Below are positions 34,138 through 35,090 of a DNA stretch of 35,090 nucleotides, piece by piece. Below the pieces are notes generated by a model. The model saw only the letters and a list, made by a program, of their open reading frames with translations, was not told the DNA's origin and did not search any database. This stretch comes from a virus (taxonomy: Duplodnaviria > Caudoviricetes). The position numbers and the translations under genes were made by a program. How positions within the stretch are numbered: position 1 is the first letter of the stretch; each line of letters begins with the position of its first letter. Where the stretch lies: IMG/VR virus record IMGVR_UViG_3300025066_000080, positions 1-35,090 of that record; one strand, given 5' to 3'.

Positions 34138-34440
34138 ATGAAATTAAAAAACCCATTCAAAGACGTAGTAAGAAATCTGTATCTATACCAGTATAATTGT
34201 CAGGATTGTGGTAGATCAGATAGGGGGTTGGAACTTCATCACATAATCGGCAGGAAATCCAACTCTAAACTTAATGCAATAGTTTTATGTTTAGACTGTC
34301 ATAAGAAGTGTGGACATTCTAGAGAAGAAGAAAAGAAGTACGCACAAATTACTATTCGCTTTCATTTAAGGGAGAAGAATAAATTAGAAAAAGAGGATAT
34401 TGAGTTTTATCAGGATAATGTGTTATTATATCAAGTATGA
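34138..34440 (+). CDS. HNH endonuclease
   Basis: CQDCG, LELHHI, N..VLCLDCH...H. Confidence 0.88.
   Translation: MKLKNPFKDVVRNLYLYQYNCQDCGRSDRGLELHHIIGRKSNSKLNAIVLCLDCHKKCGHSREEEKKYAQITIRFHLREKNKLEKEDIEFYQDNVLLYQV
34293..34419 (+). repeat. Exact 127-bp direct repeat, copy 2
   Basis: Identical to 1-127. Confidence 0.97.
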
Positions 34441-34631
34441 AAGATGAAATAATAAGTGGTCTAAAAAGAGATGGAAAATTCGTAATAGATGGTGTGGGAG
34501 TGTTTGAGTTATTACCTAGAAGAAAAGGAAAAACATTTTGTGGTTTTAGAAATACGGAGGGAACGCCACGATTCTCCAAAAGGGTTAAATTCACCAGCTC
34601 ATTAAAACTAAGAAACGAAATATGCAAATAA
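34437..34631 (+). CDS. Small HU/IHF-like protein (allele B)
   Basis: Near-identical protein to 145..339 with many third-position changes. Confidence 0.6.
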   Translation: MKDEIISGLKRDGKFVIDGVGVFELLPRRKGKTFCGFRNTEGTPRFSKRVKFTSSLKLRNEICK

Positions 34632-35090
34632 GTTTAATAAAGGAAAACGACCAAAATCCACGCTTAATCAAAGAAGAGGCGTTTGAAAAGCTTGTTAGCT
34701 CTATTAAAGAAGACCCACAGATGTTGGAAGCCCGCCCATTGATTATAGATGAGAATAATATTGTATTAGGGGGAAATATGAGGTTAAAGGCACTAAAACA
34801 TCTAAAGTATGAGGATGTACCAGTTTATCAGGTAAAGGACTGGACTAAGGAACAGAAACACCGATTTATAGTAAAGGATAATCTGTCAGGTGGTGAATGG
34901 GACTATGATCTACTGACAGCACAGTATGACGCAGAAGAACTATCAAACTGGGGCATGGAAGGCTTAGATAAATACTTTATAGAAGAGCCAGATGAAAAAG
35001 ATGACGAAGTACCAGAGGTGGTGGGTGAACCGAAGAGTAAACTTGGTGATATTTATGAGTTGGGAGAACACCGAGTATTGTGTGGTGATA
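34622..35090 (+). CDS. ParB-domain protein probably fused to a DNA N4/N6-methyltransferase (truncated by the window end)
   Basis: Hand translation: MQISLIKENDQNPRLIK... homologous to 330..848 up to LDKY.IE, then DEVPEV..EPKSKLGDIYELGEHRVLCGD, the usual linker into the MTase domain of ParB-MTase fusions. Confidence 0.8.
   Translation, partial: MQISLIKENDQNPRLIKEEAFEKLVSSIKEDPQMLEARPLIIDENNIVLGGNMRLKALKHLKYEDVPVYQVKDWTKEQKHRFIVKDNLSGGEWDYDLLTAQYDAEELSNWGMEGLDKYFIEEPDEKDDEVPEVVGEPKSKLGDIYELGEHRVLCGD

Larger units (their letters stand above)
1..34292 (+). mobile_element. Complete or near-complete circularly mapped tailed bacteriophage genome (podovirus-like, probably lytic)
   Basis: TerS-TerL-portal-scaffold-capsid order, ejection-type proteins and no tape measure. 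Position 1 recurs at 34293. No integrase or repressor seen. Confidence 0.92.

Noticed and set aside
60-34627. All minus-strand ORFs in the track (e.g. 3442-4080, 15562-16143, 20695-21255) and short out-of-frame + ORFs
   Set aside because: They lie within well-supported + strand genes, have Ser/Leu/Phe-rich shadow composition and show no motifs.
1-35090. Stop-codon reassignment (genetic code 15 or 25)
   Set aside because: Conserved genes are full length under the standard code, and both TGA and TAG terminate genes at sensible positions.

Overview
The window is an essentially complete ~34.3-kb tailed-phage genome. Its organisation is podovirus-like, all credible protein genes are on the + strand, and no integrase, repressor, polymerase, primase or helicase is recognisable. 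Bases 1-127 recur exactly at 34293-34419, which closes a 34,292-bp circle. After that point the two ends diverge into two alleles of a DNA-modification cassette: ParB + Mom-like adenine-modifying enzyme + an overlapping tRNA-Gly-like gene at the left end, versus a probable ParB-DNA-methyltransferase fusion at the right end. Gene order is modification cassette, terminase, portal, scaffold, capsid, then a 7-gene glycan cluster (3 glycosyltransferases, methyltransferase, GNAT, Gmd, perosamine-synthase-like aminotransferase). Next come adaptor, tail, ejection and LamG fibre proteins, then a lysis region containing an orphan receiver domain and a papain-like endolysin. RusA, a Shine-Dalgarno-led moron, a ~1.1-kb non-coding region full of structured RNAs and DnaA boxes, and early genes (PD-(D/E)XK nuclease, SSB-like, HNH, HU-like) complete the circle. 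Extended -10 promoters with leaderless or SD-less starts hint at a Patescibacteria (CPR)-type host (inference). The best candidate for a new system is the Mom enzyme physically fused to its own non-canonical tRNA-Gly, a plausible dedicated glycine donor for DNA hypermodification. All calls are from motif recognition by eye; no searches were run.
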